From positions 160,001 to 224,000 of the forward strand of contig CAVWBU010000027.1 in NCBI GenBank assembly GCA_963753345.1: DNA of 64,000 nucleotides, read 5' to 3'. Both the position numbers and the translations under genes were made by a program. The notes beneath the pieces are model-generated. The model did no database searches. It was not told the origin of the DNA and saw nothing but the letters and a program-made list of their open reading frames with translations. Shown one piece after another: positions 1 through 11,500 of the stretch. Source of the DNA: an uncultured Fibrobacterota bacterium (lineage in GTDB: Bacteria; Fibrobacterota; Chitinivibrionia; Chitinivibrionales; FEN-1185). The first letter of the stretch is position 1. Each line of letters opens with the position of its first letter.

Positions 1-89
1 CACTTTCGCGTTGGGGAGCCGCAATGTATAATAAAGCCGTTGTGCAGCACGAATTCTGATCGAACATTCATTCCACAAAGGAGGAGCTC

Positions 90-380
90 ATGGTCGACAT
101 GATCAAGAAAACGCTTCTTGCAGGCGTTGGACTCGCGTTCATGACAAAAGAGAAGGCGGAAGAAGTGGCGAAGAAATTCGTGCAGGACACGAAAATCGCC
201 GAAGGCGAGGGAAAGAAGTTCGTTGAGGAGTTGCTCAAGAAGTCAGAGGAGGCGAAGAAGAGCGTTGAGAAACTGGTGGAGACTGCGGTCCACACTGCGG
301 TGACGAAACTGGACATTCCCACCAGGAATGAAATACGGAAACTCGAGGACAGAATACGGGAGCTGGAAGGGAAAAAGTAA
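90..380 (+). CDS. Phasin-like / PHA granule-associated family small protein
   Basis: 96 aa. N-term 'IKKTLLAGVGLAFMTKEKAEE' and C-term 'DIPTRNEIRKLEDRI' are typical of this family. Strong SD (AAGGAGG) upstream. Confidence 0.7.
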   Translation: MVDMIKKTLLAGVGLAFMTKEKAEEVAKKFVQDTKIAEGEGKKFVEELLKKSEEAKKSVEKLVETAVHTAVTKLDIPTRNEIRKLEDRIRELEGKK

Positions 381-702
381 CAGGTCGACGGTCGAAAGCA
401 AGGCAGGTTATTGGGGACGGCAAATGGTGCTGTATCTAAAGAAGACCGTTACTGCAATATTTTGATTAGTAAGGTGAAAATACAGTTTTCCTCATCTGTA
501 TTCTCATTGATTGGGGCTAGAACCATCATATCTTGTTGTCCTCGTGGTTCGCATCCGGGCAGCCGGCAGGGCGCCTAATATTTGTTCGTCTGCCCACAAA
601 CAAGTATCTTACATTATTATACCCACTTGATATGGCTTGCATGCAAATCACGCATTTCGCTGCTATAGGCCGGGATTATCCAATTCGCACGGAGCCGCTT
701 GA

Positions 703-3700
703 ATGAAGACCATTGGAATTTGCTTCGGCGCGACCTCGGTCCAGTATGCGGTTGTAAAAGGCGACGCCGAATTCAAGGCCGTCGAACAATCCGGACGCGT
801 CGTGCATGAGGGCAATCCCGGCCGCGTGCTGCAGGAGTTACTTGCGAGGCTTGACCTTTTCGAAGTGGACAGGATAGCGGTCACGGGACGGAGTTTCCGT
901 TCCGCTGTGAATCTCACCGGCATTGCCGAACCGGAAGCGATTGAGGCTGCTCTTCACGAGGATTTCCGCGATAAGCCGTTGCCCAATCTTGTGGTGGCTC
1001 TCGGCGGGGAGACCCAGCTCGTGTACAAGCTGGGCGGACAGGGCGGAATTGTTTCGGTGCATTCCGGAAACAAGTGCGCATCGGGCACCGGCGAATTTTT
1101 TCTCCAGCAGGTGCGGCGGATGGGGCTGTCGCTGGAGAGCGCCATTGCACTTGCACAGAAGGGAACTCCGCACAGGATCGCGGGCCGCTGCAGCGTGTTC
1201 TGCAAAAGTGATTGCACGCACGCTCTTAACAAGGGCGAACCCATCGAGAACATCGCGGCCGGCCTGTGCTCCATGGTTTCAGACAAGATCGCCGATCTCA
1301 TCAAGGACCTTCCGTGCGACCGCGTGATGCTCGTGGGCGGCGGCTCGCTCAACACCGCGGTGGTCAGGATCCTGGCAAAGCGCTTCGCATCGCTGTATGT
1401 GCCGGAAACCGCACCGTTCTACGAGGCTTACGGCGCGGCGTTGTGGGCGTTTGCCAACGAGTGTCGGCCCGTGCCGGAAAATGCAGGGGACCTTTCGCGC
1501 GGCACGGTCATTCCGTTTTCCAGTCATCCACCGCTTTCCGCTGCAGCGCATTTCGTGGATTTCAAGCCGTCCGCGCCGGAGGCATTCGATCCTTCCGCCG
1601 AGTATGTGCTCGGTCTGGACGTGGGATCAACCACGACAAAGGCAGTGTTGATGAATCGGGCCACAACGCGCGTGGTCTCGTCCGTATACCTGCGCACGAA
1701 CGGCAATCCCGTGGAGGCTTCGAAAAAATGCTACGCTGCGATCCTGCACTCCATCGCCGGCAGTGAGGCGGTCATCACCGGGCTGGGGGTCACCGGATCG
1801 GGCAGGCAGATAGCGGGTCTGCATGCGCTTACCGCCAACGTGGTGAATGAAATTATCGCTCATGCAACCGCCGCCGCCCATTTCGACAAGGGCGTTGATA
1901 CGATTTTCGAGATTGGCGGCCAGGACGCAAAATACACGCTTCTCACCGGCGGCGTTCCTTCCGATTACGCGATGAACGAAGCGTGCAGCGCCGGCACCGG
2001 GTCGTTTCTCGAAGAATCGGCGTTCGAATCACTCAATGTAAAGATGGAAGACATAGGGCAGCTTGCGCTCGAGGGAAAATCTCCGCCGAATTTCACCGAC
2101 CAGTGCGCGGCGTTCATATCGAGCGACATCAAGATGGCCGGCCAGCAGGGGATTGACAGAAACGACATTCTGGCGGGGCTGGTGTATTCGATATGTCTCA
2201 ATTATCTCAACAGGGTGAAAGGCTCACGGCCGGTCGGCAAGAAAGTCTTCTTGCAGGGCGGCGTGTGCTACAACAGGGCGGTTCCCGTGGCAATGGCCTC
2301 CCTGCTCAAGATGCCGATCGTTGTGCCCCCGGACCCCGGCCTCATGGGGGCCCTGGGAGTCGCGCTTGAAGTGGACAGCCGCCTTCGTCTCGGGCTTGCC
2401 CAACCGCAATGTTTCAATCTTGCCGAACTTGCCGGCCGCGAGGCGGTCCGCGAGGGGAGTTTCGCGTGCGCAGGAGGCAAGGAGAAGTGCGACAGAAAAT
2501 GCGAGATTTCAAGAATACGCGTGGGCGGCATGGTGCACCCCTTCGGCGGATCGTGCAACAGGTATTACAATCTCCGGCTCAAGGCGGAGGTTGACACGCA
2601 GGGGCTCGACCTCGCGGCGGTCCGCGAAAAACTGCTGTTAGAAACCTTCGGAGTCGCACCGGCGAAGGAAACAGGGGACCGTCGCACCGTGGGACTGTGC
2701 CGCTCGTTTCTTACCCATTCGTTGTATCCGCTCTATTCGCATTTTTTTACCGACATGGGTTTCTCGGTTGTTCTTTCCGATGCCATCGACCCCGACGGCA
2801 TTTCGCGCATCGAGTCCGCGTTCTGCCTGCCCGCAGAGATAACGCACGGAAGTTTCTACAACCTCCTCCGGCAGAACCTCGATTACATTTTTGTCCCGCA
2901 TGTGACGCAAATGCCGGTGAGGAACGTTCCAACCTACAGCAGGCTGTGCGTATTTGTCCAGGGGGAATCCTATTATCTGAGAACGACCTTTCGCAGGGAA
3001 ATCGAGAATTCGCCCACCACAATGCTTTCGCCCGTTCTGCGCATGGACAAGGAGTATGAGCAGGCACGTGGGGCGCTGTGCGCCATGGCCGCCCGGATGG
3101 GCGTTGCCGGGCCGGTCGCGTCGGCCGCTTTCGAACACGCCTGCGCCATGCAGCATGCTTTCGAGGCAAAGCTGCGGCAGGTGGGGGCGGAGGCGCTCTC
3201 GCATCTTGATACGCATCCGGAAAGCTTCGGCATCGTGCTGTTCGGGAGGCCGTACAACGCATTCTCATCGGACGCGAACATGGGAATTCCCCATAAGACG
3301 GCATCGCGCGGGTACCTCATTATCCCGCACGACATGCTGCCGACCGACCACTACGAGGTGGACGGCCAGATGTTCTGGGCAATGGGCCAGAAGGTCATGA
3401 AGGCGGCGCGGTTCGTGAAGGGCCACGACCGTCTTTTCGGTTTCTACGTCACCAATTTCTCATGCGGCCCGGACTCGTTCCTGCTTACGTATTTCCGCAA
3501 CATGATGGGAGAAAAACCGTCGCTCACTCTTGAACTCGACCAGCACACCGCCGACGCCGGACTTGACACGCGCATAGAGGCCGCCCTTGACATCATAAAA
3601 AGCTGGCGCCGCGTGCGTCGGGCCTCGGTTCGCGGCGGCGGCGCGGGCTTCAAACCGACCCGCGTTGTATTCGAGGGCACAAAACCCGTGGTGCATGCGT

Positions 3701-5037
3701 CCGACGGCCGGGTGCGCTCGATGTATCACCCCGATGTCGAACTCGTTCTTCCTTCCATGGGCCGCTTCGCCACCGAAGGAGTCGCCGCGGTGCTCAGGGG
3801 CATCGGCATAAACGCCATCGGCCTGCCCATAGCCGACAAGGAAGTGCTGCTTGAAGGCAGGAAGAATACATCGTGCAAGGAGTGCCTTCCGTATATCGTC
3901 ACCACAGGCTCCTTTCTCAGGCACGTGCGGTCGCGTCCGCAGAACGGCGCCATAACGCTGTGTTTCATGGCTTCGGGAGGCGGGCCGTGCAGGCTCGGCC
4001 AGTATTGCACCGCCATGGACCAGCTGTTTCACAACCTGAAGATTCCCAACGTCGCCACGCTTCCGATGACAAATGAGAACGGTTATGCGGGCTTGGGGAA
4101 CAGGGCGCTGCTCTCGTCGTCCCAGGCGATTCTTATTGCAGACGTCTTTTGTGATATCAGGAGCTTTCTTTCGGTCGCGGCGGTCAATAAAGAAATGGCA
4201 CTTGATAAACTAGAGGAATGCTGGCACGACATTTTGGCGTATTTCGAGAAGAAAACAGGCGGCCGACTATCTTTCGTGCTTGCCTCGGTAAGCCGAAAGC
4301 TTGCAGGTATTCCGCTCGCAAGAAGCCTGCGCGAGGTTCCCGTTGTCTCCCTTCTGGGTGAGATATTCGTGCGTCACGATGAATTCTCCCGAAAGAACGT
4401 GGCGTGCTACTTCGAGGACCGCGGCATCATGGTGAGGATTGCGCCGGTCACCGAATATCTCGCGTACAGCAATTATATCATCAATCAGGGCCTGGGCGAG
4501 AAAACCATGACGCTCGCCGGTCAAATGAGGGTTCGGCTCATGACAGGGGTTCAGGAGTGGTGGGAGCGGAGGATAAAAACCATTCTTGCAAAGAGCGGGT
4601 GCTACAGGTTTGAAATGATAGGCGTGGAAAAGACCATGGCTTCGGCGTCGCATCTCATGGATGAGGACTTCCGGGGCGAGTGCATTCTGACCGTCGGCCT
4701 CAGCATGCGGGAAATACTCCACGATTCATGCGGCGTGATATCCATCGGGCCCTTCGGCTGCATGCCGTCGCGGGTTGCCGAGGCGGTTCTCAAAAAGGAG
4801 ATGAACGCGGAGGGCAAGCTGCGGATGAATATTCCTTTCCCGAATTCTTCGCTGCTCAAGGAAATCCCGGAGTTTCCCTTCCTCGCCATCGAGACCGACG
4901 GCAGCCCGTTTCCGCAGCTCGTGGAGGCGAATCTTGAAGCGTTTGTCGTGCAGGTGAAACGGGTGTACGAAAAGATGAAGGCGCAGGCCGGTGAAGTGAG
5001 GCCCGCTGCAAGACTTAGCGTTGCACGTGGACAATGA
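703..5037 (+). CDS. Fused 2-hydroxyacyl-CoA dehydratase activator (two BadF/BcrA ASKHA ATPase domains) plus DUF2229/dehydratase-like domains
   Basis: 1444 aa. Duplicated activator motifs (GICFGATS/GLDVGSTTTK, NKCASGTG/NEACSAGTG, RCSVF/QCAAF), then FCLPAE, NFSCGPDSF, CKECLP, GPCRLGQY and GPFGCMP. Confidence 0.85.
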   Translation: MKTIGICFGATSVQYAVVKGDAEFKAVEQSGRVVHEGNPGRVLQELLARLDLFEVDRIAVTGRSFRSAVNLTGIAEPEAIEAALHEDFRDKPLPNLVVALGGETQLVYKLGGQGGIVSVHSGNKCASGTGEFFLQQVRRMGLSLESAIALAQKGTPHRIAGRCSVFCKSDCTHALNKGEPIENIAAGLCSMVSDKIADLIKDLPCDRVMLVGGGSLNTAVVRILAKRFASLYVPETAPFYEAYGAALWAFANECRPVPENAGDLSRGTVIPFSSHPPLSAAAHFVDFKPSAPEAFDPSAEYVLGLDVGSTTTKAVLMNRATTRVVSSVYLRTNGNPVEASKKCYAAILHSIAGSEAVITGLGVTGSGRQIAGLHALTANVVNEIIAHATAAAHFDKGVDTIFEIGGQDAKYTLLTGGVPSDYAMNEACSAGTGSFLEESAFESLNVKMEDIGQLALEGKSPPNFTDQCAAFISSDIKMAGQQGIDRNDILAGLVYSICLNYLNRVKGSRPVGKKVFLQGGVCYNRAVPVAMASLLKMPIVVPPDPGLMGALGVALEVDSRLRLGLAQPQCFNLAELAGREAVREGSFACAGGKEKCDRKCEISRIRVGGMVHPFGGSCNRYYNLRLKAEVDTQGLDLAAVREKLLLETFGVAPAKETGDRRTVGLCRSFLTHSLYPLYSHFFTDMGFSVVLSDAIDPDGISRIESAFCLPAEITHGSFYNLLRQNLDYIFVPHVTQMPVRNVPTYSRLCVFVQGESYYLRTTFRREIENSPTTMLSPVLRMDKEYEQARGALCAMAARMGVAGPVASAAFEHACAMQHAFEAKLRQVGAEALSHLDTHPESFGIVLFGRPYNAFSSDANMGIPHKTASRGYLIIPHDMLPTDHYEVDGQMFWAMGQKVMKAARFVKGHDRLFGFYVTNFSCGPDSFLLTYFRNMMGEKPSLTLELDQHTADAGLDTRIEAALDIIKSWRRVRRASVRGGGAGFKPTRVVFEGTKPVVHASDGRVRSMYHPDVELVLPSMGRFATEGVAAVLRGIGINAIGLPIADKEVLLEGRKNTSCKECLPYIVTTGSFLRHVRSRPQNGAITLCFMASGGGPCRLGQYCTAMDQLFHNLKIPNVATLPMTNENGYAGLGNRALLSSSQAILIADVFCDIRSFLSVAAVNKEMALDKLEECWHDILAYFEKKTGGRLSFVLASVSRKLAGIPLARSLREVPVVSLLGEIFVRHDEFSRKNVACYFEDRGIMVRIAPVTEYLAYSNYIINQGLGEKTMTLAGQMRVRLMTGVQEWWERRIKTILAKSGCYRFEMIGVEKTMASASHLMDEDFRGECILTVGLSMREILHDSCGVISIGPFGCMPSRVAEAVLKKEMNAEGKLRMNIPFPNSSLLKEIPEFPFLAIETDGSPFPQLVEANLEAFVVQVKRVYEKMKAQAGEVRPAARLSVARGQ

Positions 5038-6257
5038 TGAAATCCGTTGCAACCGCCATTCTTGCGGTTGCCGCCGCGGCGTCGATGTGTTTTTCCGGCT
5101 ACGGCGACAAGGTGAACGGCCTTCCCAACTGGCAGGAACGCGCCGTCTTCGTCCTCACGAATGCCTGCCGCATGGCTCCTGCCCAGTACCGGGACGTGTA
5201 TGTCGGCGCCTCGTACGCTATTCTTCTTCCGTCAAGTTATCCCGCTGTGCCTCCGGTGTACTGGAACCTCGCGCTCAACACCTCGGCCCGTTTCCACGCG
5301 ATAGAGATGGCCGACACCTGCGGTCTTACCCATAATTCCTGCAACGGGGACGCTTTTTCCACGCGGGTGCAGCTTTTCTACAATAACAAGAGTTTCACCA
5401 TCGGGGAAGACATCGCCGCAGGGTATTCCAGTCCGCTTGCCACCATGTCGCAATGGCTTCTTGACAAGCAGTCGAACGGAGCCGTTCCCGCCGACCTTTC
5501 CCTATGCGGCACCGCCCGCTGCGACGGGCACCGATGGAACATCATGAACCCGGGTTACCGGGAAATGGGCACGGGATACGCGTACGGTCCCCAAACCTAT
5601 AACTATTTCTGGTGCCAGGATCTTGGCGGCGGCAAGCCGGATTTCAACAATCCCATCGTAGGCGGCGTACACGTTTTTGTCCAGACCGGGACAACGACGT
5701 TTCTGGCGAACTACTTCGACCCATCGGGAAAACCCTCGGCTCCCTCGCTCTACGTTGACAATCAGAAAGCCGCCTTGACGCTGCTTATGGGCGCCGATTC
5801 CGCAGGAACCTATTCGGCTGCGCTTGCAACGGCAAACGTCTGCCGTTCGTACTATTTCACCTTCCTTGATGTCAAGGGTGCGCTGTGGCGATACCCGGAG
5901 ACCGGGGATCTTGTCACGTTCGGCGAAGGTTCGTGCGGCCGGGACTTTGTCCCGCCGGAGAGCCTGAGCGTAAAGCGAACCGGATCGCATTCCATGGGAC
6001 AGAAGCCAAACAAATTGTTGATTGATGCGACGGATCGCCGGCTTGTTGTTTCCCTTAGCGGTGTTCCGGAGAAACTCAACGGGGCCGAATTGTTTGACAT
6101 CCGGGGAAATAGGTGCTCGGACCAAGGCCGCGCCATGGATAACGGCACCACGATTATTTTGCCTCTGGAGCGCGGATTATCCGATGGCGTCTATCTGATC
6201 CGCATATCACAGACGAACGGGAAAACCGCGACAAGCCGTCTCACCGTAACGCGCTGA
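5034..6257 (+). CDS. Secreted CAP/SCP-domain protein with T9SS-like C-terminal sorting domain
   Basis: Signal peptide. CAP motifs 'SARFHAIEM', 'GEDIAAG', 'GHRWNIM...EMGTGY'. C-term 'LFDIRGN...DGVYLIRI...RLTVTR'. ATGA overlap with the upstream gene. Confidence 0.75.
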   Translation: MMKSVATAILAVAAAASMCFSGYGDKVNGLPNWQERAVFVLTNACRMAPAQYRDVYVGASYAILLPSSYPAVPPVYWNLALNTSARFHAIEMADTCGLTHNSCNGDAFSTRVQLFYNNKSFTIGEDIAAGYSSPLATMSQWLLDKQSNGAVPADLSLCGTARCDGHRWNIMNPGYREMGTGYAYGPQTYNYFWCQDLGGGKPDFNNPIVGGVHVFVQTGTTTFLANYFDPSGKPSAPSLYVDNQKAALTLLMGADSAGTYSAALATANVCRSYYFTFLDVKGALWRYPETGDLVTFGEGSCGRDFVPPESLSVKRTGSHSMGQKPNKLLIDATDRRLVVSLSGVPEKLNGAELFDIRGNRCSDQGRAMDNGTTIILPLERGLSDGVYLIRISQTNGKTATSRLTVTR

Positions 6258-6414
6258 GCTCAGTCGTCCTGCGTGTCTTCCGCCTTCCCCTCATCTCTGC
6301 ACGGTATCACGAGTTCTGCTGCGACATTTCCCATAAACAGGGATGTATTTTAAGCTCTTGTAATGGCATGAGTGTTTGAAGCGTTGTAACACATGATATG
6401 CAGGAGTTCCGCGC

Positions 6415-7482
6415 ATGATTATCCACCTTTGCAAAGATGCTTCTCCCCAGGAAAAGCAGGAAGTCATCGACAGAATCCAGGCCGCGGGGCTCAAGCACGA
6501 ATATCTTCATTCCACGACGGGTATCACCCTCATCGGCGTGCTGGGCGACACGAGCGCCATTGAAGAAGGCTACTTCCTCGAGCTATCTTGCGTTGACAAG
6601 GTGATACGGATTTCACGCCCGTACAAACTTGTCTCCCGCGAATTTTCCAGCACGTCAAAAATCATTTCTGCGGGAGACGTTGCCATAGGCGGGGAGAAAC
6701 TGGTTATAATGGCCGGGCCCTGCGCGCTTGAAAACGAAAAGCAGATTGAAGCCATTGCGGGCTACGTTGCGGCACTTGGCATTCCGGTCATGCGCGGCGG
6801 CGCCTACAAGCCGCGGACCTCACCCTACGCGTTTCAGGGCATGGGGCTCGAAGGACTGAAGCTTCTGGCCGCGATGAGAAAGAAATACGGGGTCAAGATC
6901 GTCACCGAGGCCACCGGTCTTCACCGGCACATCACCCGGGACGGCGGCAGGGAAGACAGGACCGTCCTCGAAAACGTCATCGAATACGCGGACATCATCC
7001 AGGTGGGCGCCCGCAACATGAAGGCGTACGGGTTTCTTCAGGAACTGGCGCTCTTGACAAAGGACAATAAGAAACCCGTCCTGCTCAAGCGCGGAGAATC
7101 CTCGACGCTCAAAGACTTCCTGCTCGCCGCGGAATACCTTGTCGCAAACGGCAACCCGAACGTTATCCTGTGCCTGCGCGGGATACGCACCTTCGAGGAG
7201 GAGAAATTTCAGCGCTACACCGCGGACGTGGGCGCGATCCCGGTGCTCAAGAAAGAATCAAATCTTCCCGTAATTTTTGATCCGTCGCATGCTACCGGCT
7301 ACCGGGCAAATGTGTACCACCTGAGTCTTGCGGCGGTCGCCGCGGGCGCGGACGGTCTTATCATCGAAACCCATAACGATCCTGCGCATGCGCTGTGCGA
7401 TGGAGAACAATGCGTCACCAGGGACCAGCTGGAAAAAATAAGGGACGACGCAGCCAGAATACGCTCAGTGGTGGTCACATGA
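6415..7482 (+). CDS. aroF: DAHP synthase (type I-beta) with N-terminal regulatory domain
   Basis: Motifs [55 protein letters not shown]. Confidence 0.92.
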   Translation: MIIHLCKDASPQEKQEVIDRIQAAGLKHEYLHSTTGITLIGVLGDTSAIEEGYFLELSCVDKVIRISRPYKLVSREFSSTSKIISAGDVAIGGEKLVIMAGPCALENEKQIEAIAGYVAALGIPVMRGGAYKPRTSPYAFQGMGLEGLKLLAAMRKKYGVKIVTEATGLHRHITRDGGREDRTVLENVIEYADIIQVGARNMKAYGFLQELALLTKDNKKPVLLKRGESSTLKDFLLAAEYLVANGNPNVILCLRGIRTFEEEKFQRYTADVGAIPVLKKESNLPVIFDPSHATGYRANVYHLSLAAVAAGADGLIIETHNDPAHALCDGEQCVTRDQLEKIRDDAARIRSVVVT

Positions 7483-8528
7483 GCGCGCGTACAGACGGAT
7501 GCACGCGGCAGCGTACGCAAATTCAAGAACCTGGCGTAAGCATCGTGGCGGAATTCGCGCGGGAGCTCCACGAGTCGCTCCCGGAAATCAAGCACCGGAC
7601 GCCCATTTCGGCGCAGTATCCTTCGAAAAGCGAGCGGCTCGCGGACATACGCGTGGTCGTGTTCGACATTTACGGAACGCTTTTCAACTACTGGCGGCCC
7701 GAATTCGGCAGCGAACAGACGAAGAAAACGGCGCTGCTTTCGGCTTTTGAAAAAACGGCGACCCGGTTCGGCATGAAGAAATTTCTCCTTGAGATGAATC
7801 CGGACGAGCCGGCGGAAAAAACGCTGAGTGACCTGTACCACGGACTCATCACGCTCAAGCATGAGCTTGCCGCGGAAAAGAAGATCGAGTTTCCGGAAAT
7901 CAGGATCGAGAGAGTCTGGGAAGCGGTCGTGCTCATGCTCAGGCGAAGGGGCTACGAACCTGCGCGCTTCAACGTCGGCGGCGACAGTGACTTTGTCAAG
8001 TGCGTAGCGTATTGCTACAATTTTTTCTCATTTGCCCGCGGTCTCTATCCGGGGGTTTACGAAACGCTTGCGCGGCTGCAATCCGCAAACATCCGGCTGG
8101 GGATCGTGTCGAACGCGCAGTTCTACACGCTTATCGACCTGTCGCTGTTTCTGCGCGATCAGAGCGCCGGCGCGTGCGATGATTACCTCCGGCTCTTCGA
8201 CCCGAACCTGACGTTGTTCTCGTTCGAGTACGGCGTGGCCAAACCGCATCCGCTCCTGTTCAGAAAGCTCTTCGACGCGCTGTATGAATACCACGTTCTC
8301 CCTTCACAGGCGCTTTTTGTCGGGAACGATCTTGCCGCCGACATTCGCCCGGCGCAGGAAGCGGGAATGAAGACTGCATTCTTCGCCGGCGACGACAAGA
8401 GCGCGTTCATGCACACGCAAGAAGGCGCGGTTGTTCCTGACATCACCTTCTCGTCGTGGAACGAGCTTGCCGGCCGGATATCGTTTCATGCCGGTACGGT
8501 CAATGAGACGGAGAAAGGACCCGAATGA
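7479..8528 (+). CDS. HAD-superfamily hydrolase
   Basis: Motif I 'FDIYGTL', motif II 'VSNAQ', motif III 'KP', motif IV 'VGNDLAADI'. Start taken at the ATGA overlap with the aroF stop. Confidence 0.85.
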   Translation: MSARTDGCTRQRTQIQEPGVSIVAEFARELHESLPEIKHRTPISAQYPSKSERLADIRVVVFDIYGTLFNYWRPEFGSEQTKKTALLSAFEKTATRFGMKKFLLEMNPDEPAEKTLSDLYHGLITLKHELAAEKKIEFPEIRIERVWEAVVLMLRRRGYEPARFNVGGDSDFVKCVAYCYNFFSFARGLYPGVYETLARLQSANIRLGIVSNAQFYTLIDLSLFLRDQSAGACDDYLRLFDPNLTLFSFEYGVAKPHPLLFRKLFDALYEYHVLPSQALFVGNDLAADIRPAQEAGMKTAFFAGDDKSAFMHTQEGAVVPDITFSSWNELAGRISFHAGTVNETEKGPE

Positions 8529-11500
8529 TGATGCGAACGTTTCATGCGGTTGTTTTTGCGGCATGCGCGGCGACTTCGTCCTTGGCCGGACAGGCGCCCG
8601 TCAATTTTTTTGCAGATTCCATAGGCAGTATCGACGCGCTGCCGGCGGCGCTCCTGCGCGGCGCGCAGGAAGCTTACGACGTGAACATGAAGGGGCTCGA
8701 TGCGCTGGACAGGGGAGACCTCGACAGCGCGGCGGCGTTTTTTTCAAAGGCCATGTCGCTGGTTCCGAATTATTCCGACGCCCACAATAACATGGGCGTG
8801 GTGCATTTCCGCAAGGGGAACATCCGGGAAGCGCTTGCGATATGGGAGTCGGTCACCAAGAGCGACCCGGAGTACGCCACCGCATACTACAACATGGGCG
8901 TTGCCGATTATCACGACAAAAATTACCAGGCATGCGTGCCGCTTCTGAAAAAGGCGGTCGGACTCAACAGAAGATTCGTGGAGGCCCTTATCATGCTCGG
9001 CCGCGTCGACCTCGCGCTCGACAGAAAAAAGGACGCGGTGGCGAATTTCCGCGAAGCGGCGAAGGCCGGTCCTGACCGGCCTGACGCCTGGCAGTTTCTG
9101 GCCTACGGCCTTTTTCGTGACAACGACACGGCCGGCGCGGTTTCGGTCCTGTCGAAGCATCAGGACAATGCCCCGACGCTCAAAATGCTCGGCGAGATCG
9201 AATCGTTCCGCAAGAACTACAAGGCCGCATCGGCCTATTTCGCGGAGGCGGTTTCGCGGGGCGGAAACGCGGAGGAACTTGTCAACCTTGCGTCTGCACA
9301 GGTTGACGAACACAACTGCAAAGAGGCGATTGCCACACTCAAGCTGTATGCCTCGAAGGTCTCGGTGCAGTCTGCCGACGCATACCTGTATGGGGGAATT
9401 GCGTCAAAGGACTGCGGCGACATGACGGGCGCACGCGCATATTTTGAAAAGGGACTTGCAAAATATCCCGCAGACGCCATTCTCAGGTACAATCTGGGCC
9501 AGATTTACTTCCAGCTCAAGCTCTTCGATCAGGCGGAAGCAATGTGGAACACGGTGAGCGATTCCCTCAATGATCCGTCGCTGTATTACCTCCGCGCGCT
9601 CAACGCACGCCGAAAGGGGAACCTCGATCTCGCCGAAAATTATGTGAGAAGCGCACTGCGTCGTGATGAGCGGCCGGAATACCTCGACCTCCTCGGCGTG
9701 CTGCTTTACGCAAAAGGAAACAAGGAGGAGGCCACGGCCAGTTTCAAGAAAGCTCTCAGGCTCGATCCGGAACTCCGGTCCGCGCAGCTGAACCTTGCGC
9801 TTGTTTCGCAATCGAAGGACGAACTCGAAAAATCGGCCATCGATCTTGAAAAGGACCGCAGCGAATGCAGGAGCAAGTGTCAGGACATTGCGCTCCGGCT
9901 CTCAATTGTCTACTACAACATGGGACAGGCGGACAAAGCCGCGCGTCTCCTTGAAGCGCTTCCCGACGGGGAGAAGAATGAGCGGATATTCCGACACCTG
10001 GCGCTTTTTCACCGCGAGCTTCACGAATGGGACAAGGCCATCCGGACGCTCGAAAAGGCGAAAACGTTTTTTATTCTCGACCTGCAGACCGAATATGAGC
10101 TGGCCGAGGATTACCTCTTTTCGGGCGATAACCGCAAAGCAATTGACGCGCTCAACGACCTGCTGGGAAAATGGGACCAGAATCCATGGCGAATCTATTA
10201 CCAGCTCGGGTATGCGTACATGGAAATGAAGGAGTTTTCCAAAGCAAAAACAGCCCTTGCGCAAAGCCTTAAGAAGAAACCGGATAATCTTGCCGCCCAA
10301 GGGGTTATGGCATACATCCTTAACCAGGAAGGGGATGTTGTGCAAGCAAGGACAATCTGGGAAAAGACGCTCAAGGAAGATCCGTCGAATAGTGGATTGC
10401 TTATCAACATGGGACTCTCGCTTGAAAAGGACGGCAGGTACGAAGAGGCGCTTGGGTACTACGAAAAGGCTCAATTGCTCAATCGCGACGACAACGCGAT
10501 CCAGATCAACATCGGCAATGCTTACAGCGGAATGGAAAAGAACCGTGACGCCGCCAAGGCGTACACGGCGGCGCTTAATTCTCCAAAGCGCAACCTTGCG
10601 GCGTACGACCTTTTTCTCATTGCGCAGAAGACCACCGACGAAACGACTGCAGGCTCGATGCTTGCCATTCTCAAGTCCGAATTTCCGTCGTCGGCATACA
10701 CAGCGCGGGCACAGGCGGACATGAGCCTGTGGAAAAAGGACACGGCGGCCGCGCTTGCAAAACTGGAATCCCTCGGCGAAAAAGACCCGGGCGACTACGT
10801 TGCCCTCGCGCGGATTTATGCGAACAGGAAAATCTTCGACAAGGCGACCGCTTGCCTGACGAAGCTTCCTGCCGAACCGTACTGGGAAAAGGCCCGGACC
10901 GGCGTCATGGCGCAGATAGATTTCCTCTCGGGAAACTATGTCCGCGCTCTTGCCGAATTGAAAACCATCGGCGACACCGGCTTTGCGGCCATGTACAACA
11001 TGGCGGTCGCGGCCTTCAACGCGAAGGAGTACCCCGACGCCGTGGCCATCGGGGAAAAAATCGTTTCCAAGGCAAGGGGTGAAGACCGTGCGGATGTGTG
11101 CAGGCTGGCAGGCAACGCGGCCATGGGTGAGAAACAGTGGAAGAAGGCCCAAGAATGGTATCAGCAACTCGAAGACCTCAAGCGCAGCGACCCTCTCGTG
11201 CAGTACAACCTTGCCGTGATCTGCTACAACCTGGGCAGCATTGAGGAATCGTGGACATACTATCAGAAGGCGCGCGCGCTCGACTCGCGGCTTCAAAACC
11301 AGGACATCGAAAAACGGTACGCACTCCTTCATTCCGACAAAGGGGCGATTTTGCAGATCTTGGACTCGGTTGACTATTGGTACAATGCGGCGGTTTCGAT
11401 ACAGGACAGCGCGCACGACAGCGCCGCCGGGGCAAACGCCGAGGCGTACTATAAAAAGATCCTTGAGAAAAATCCGACCTACTACAGGGCGTGGAACAAC

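Noticed and set aside
475-506. Imperfect inverted repeat TGAAAATACAG-N10-CTGTATTCTCA upstream of the activator gene
   Set aside because: Single instance with no recognisable regulator motif and no T-tail. Too weak to call.
9902-11416. Long antisense or alternate-frame ORFs (also 34269..35696, 40523..41995, 44124..45452, 45235..46161)
   Set aside because: They are shadows of well-supported genes in GC-rich DNA, with no motifs and biased composition.
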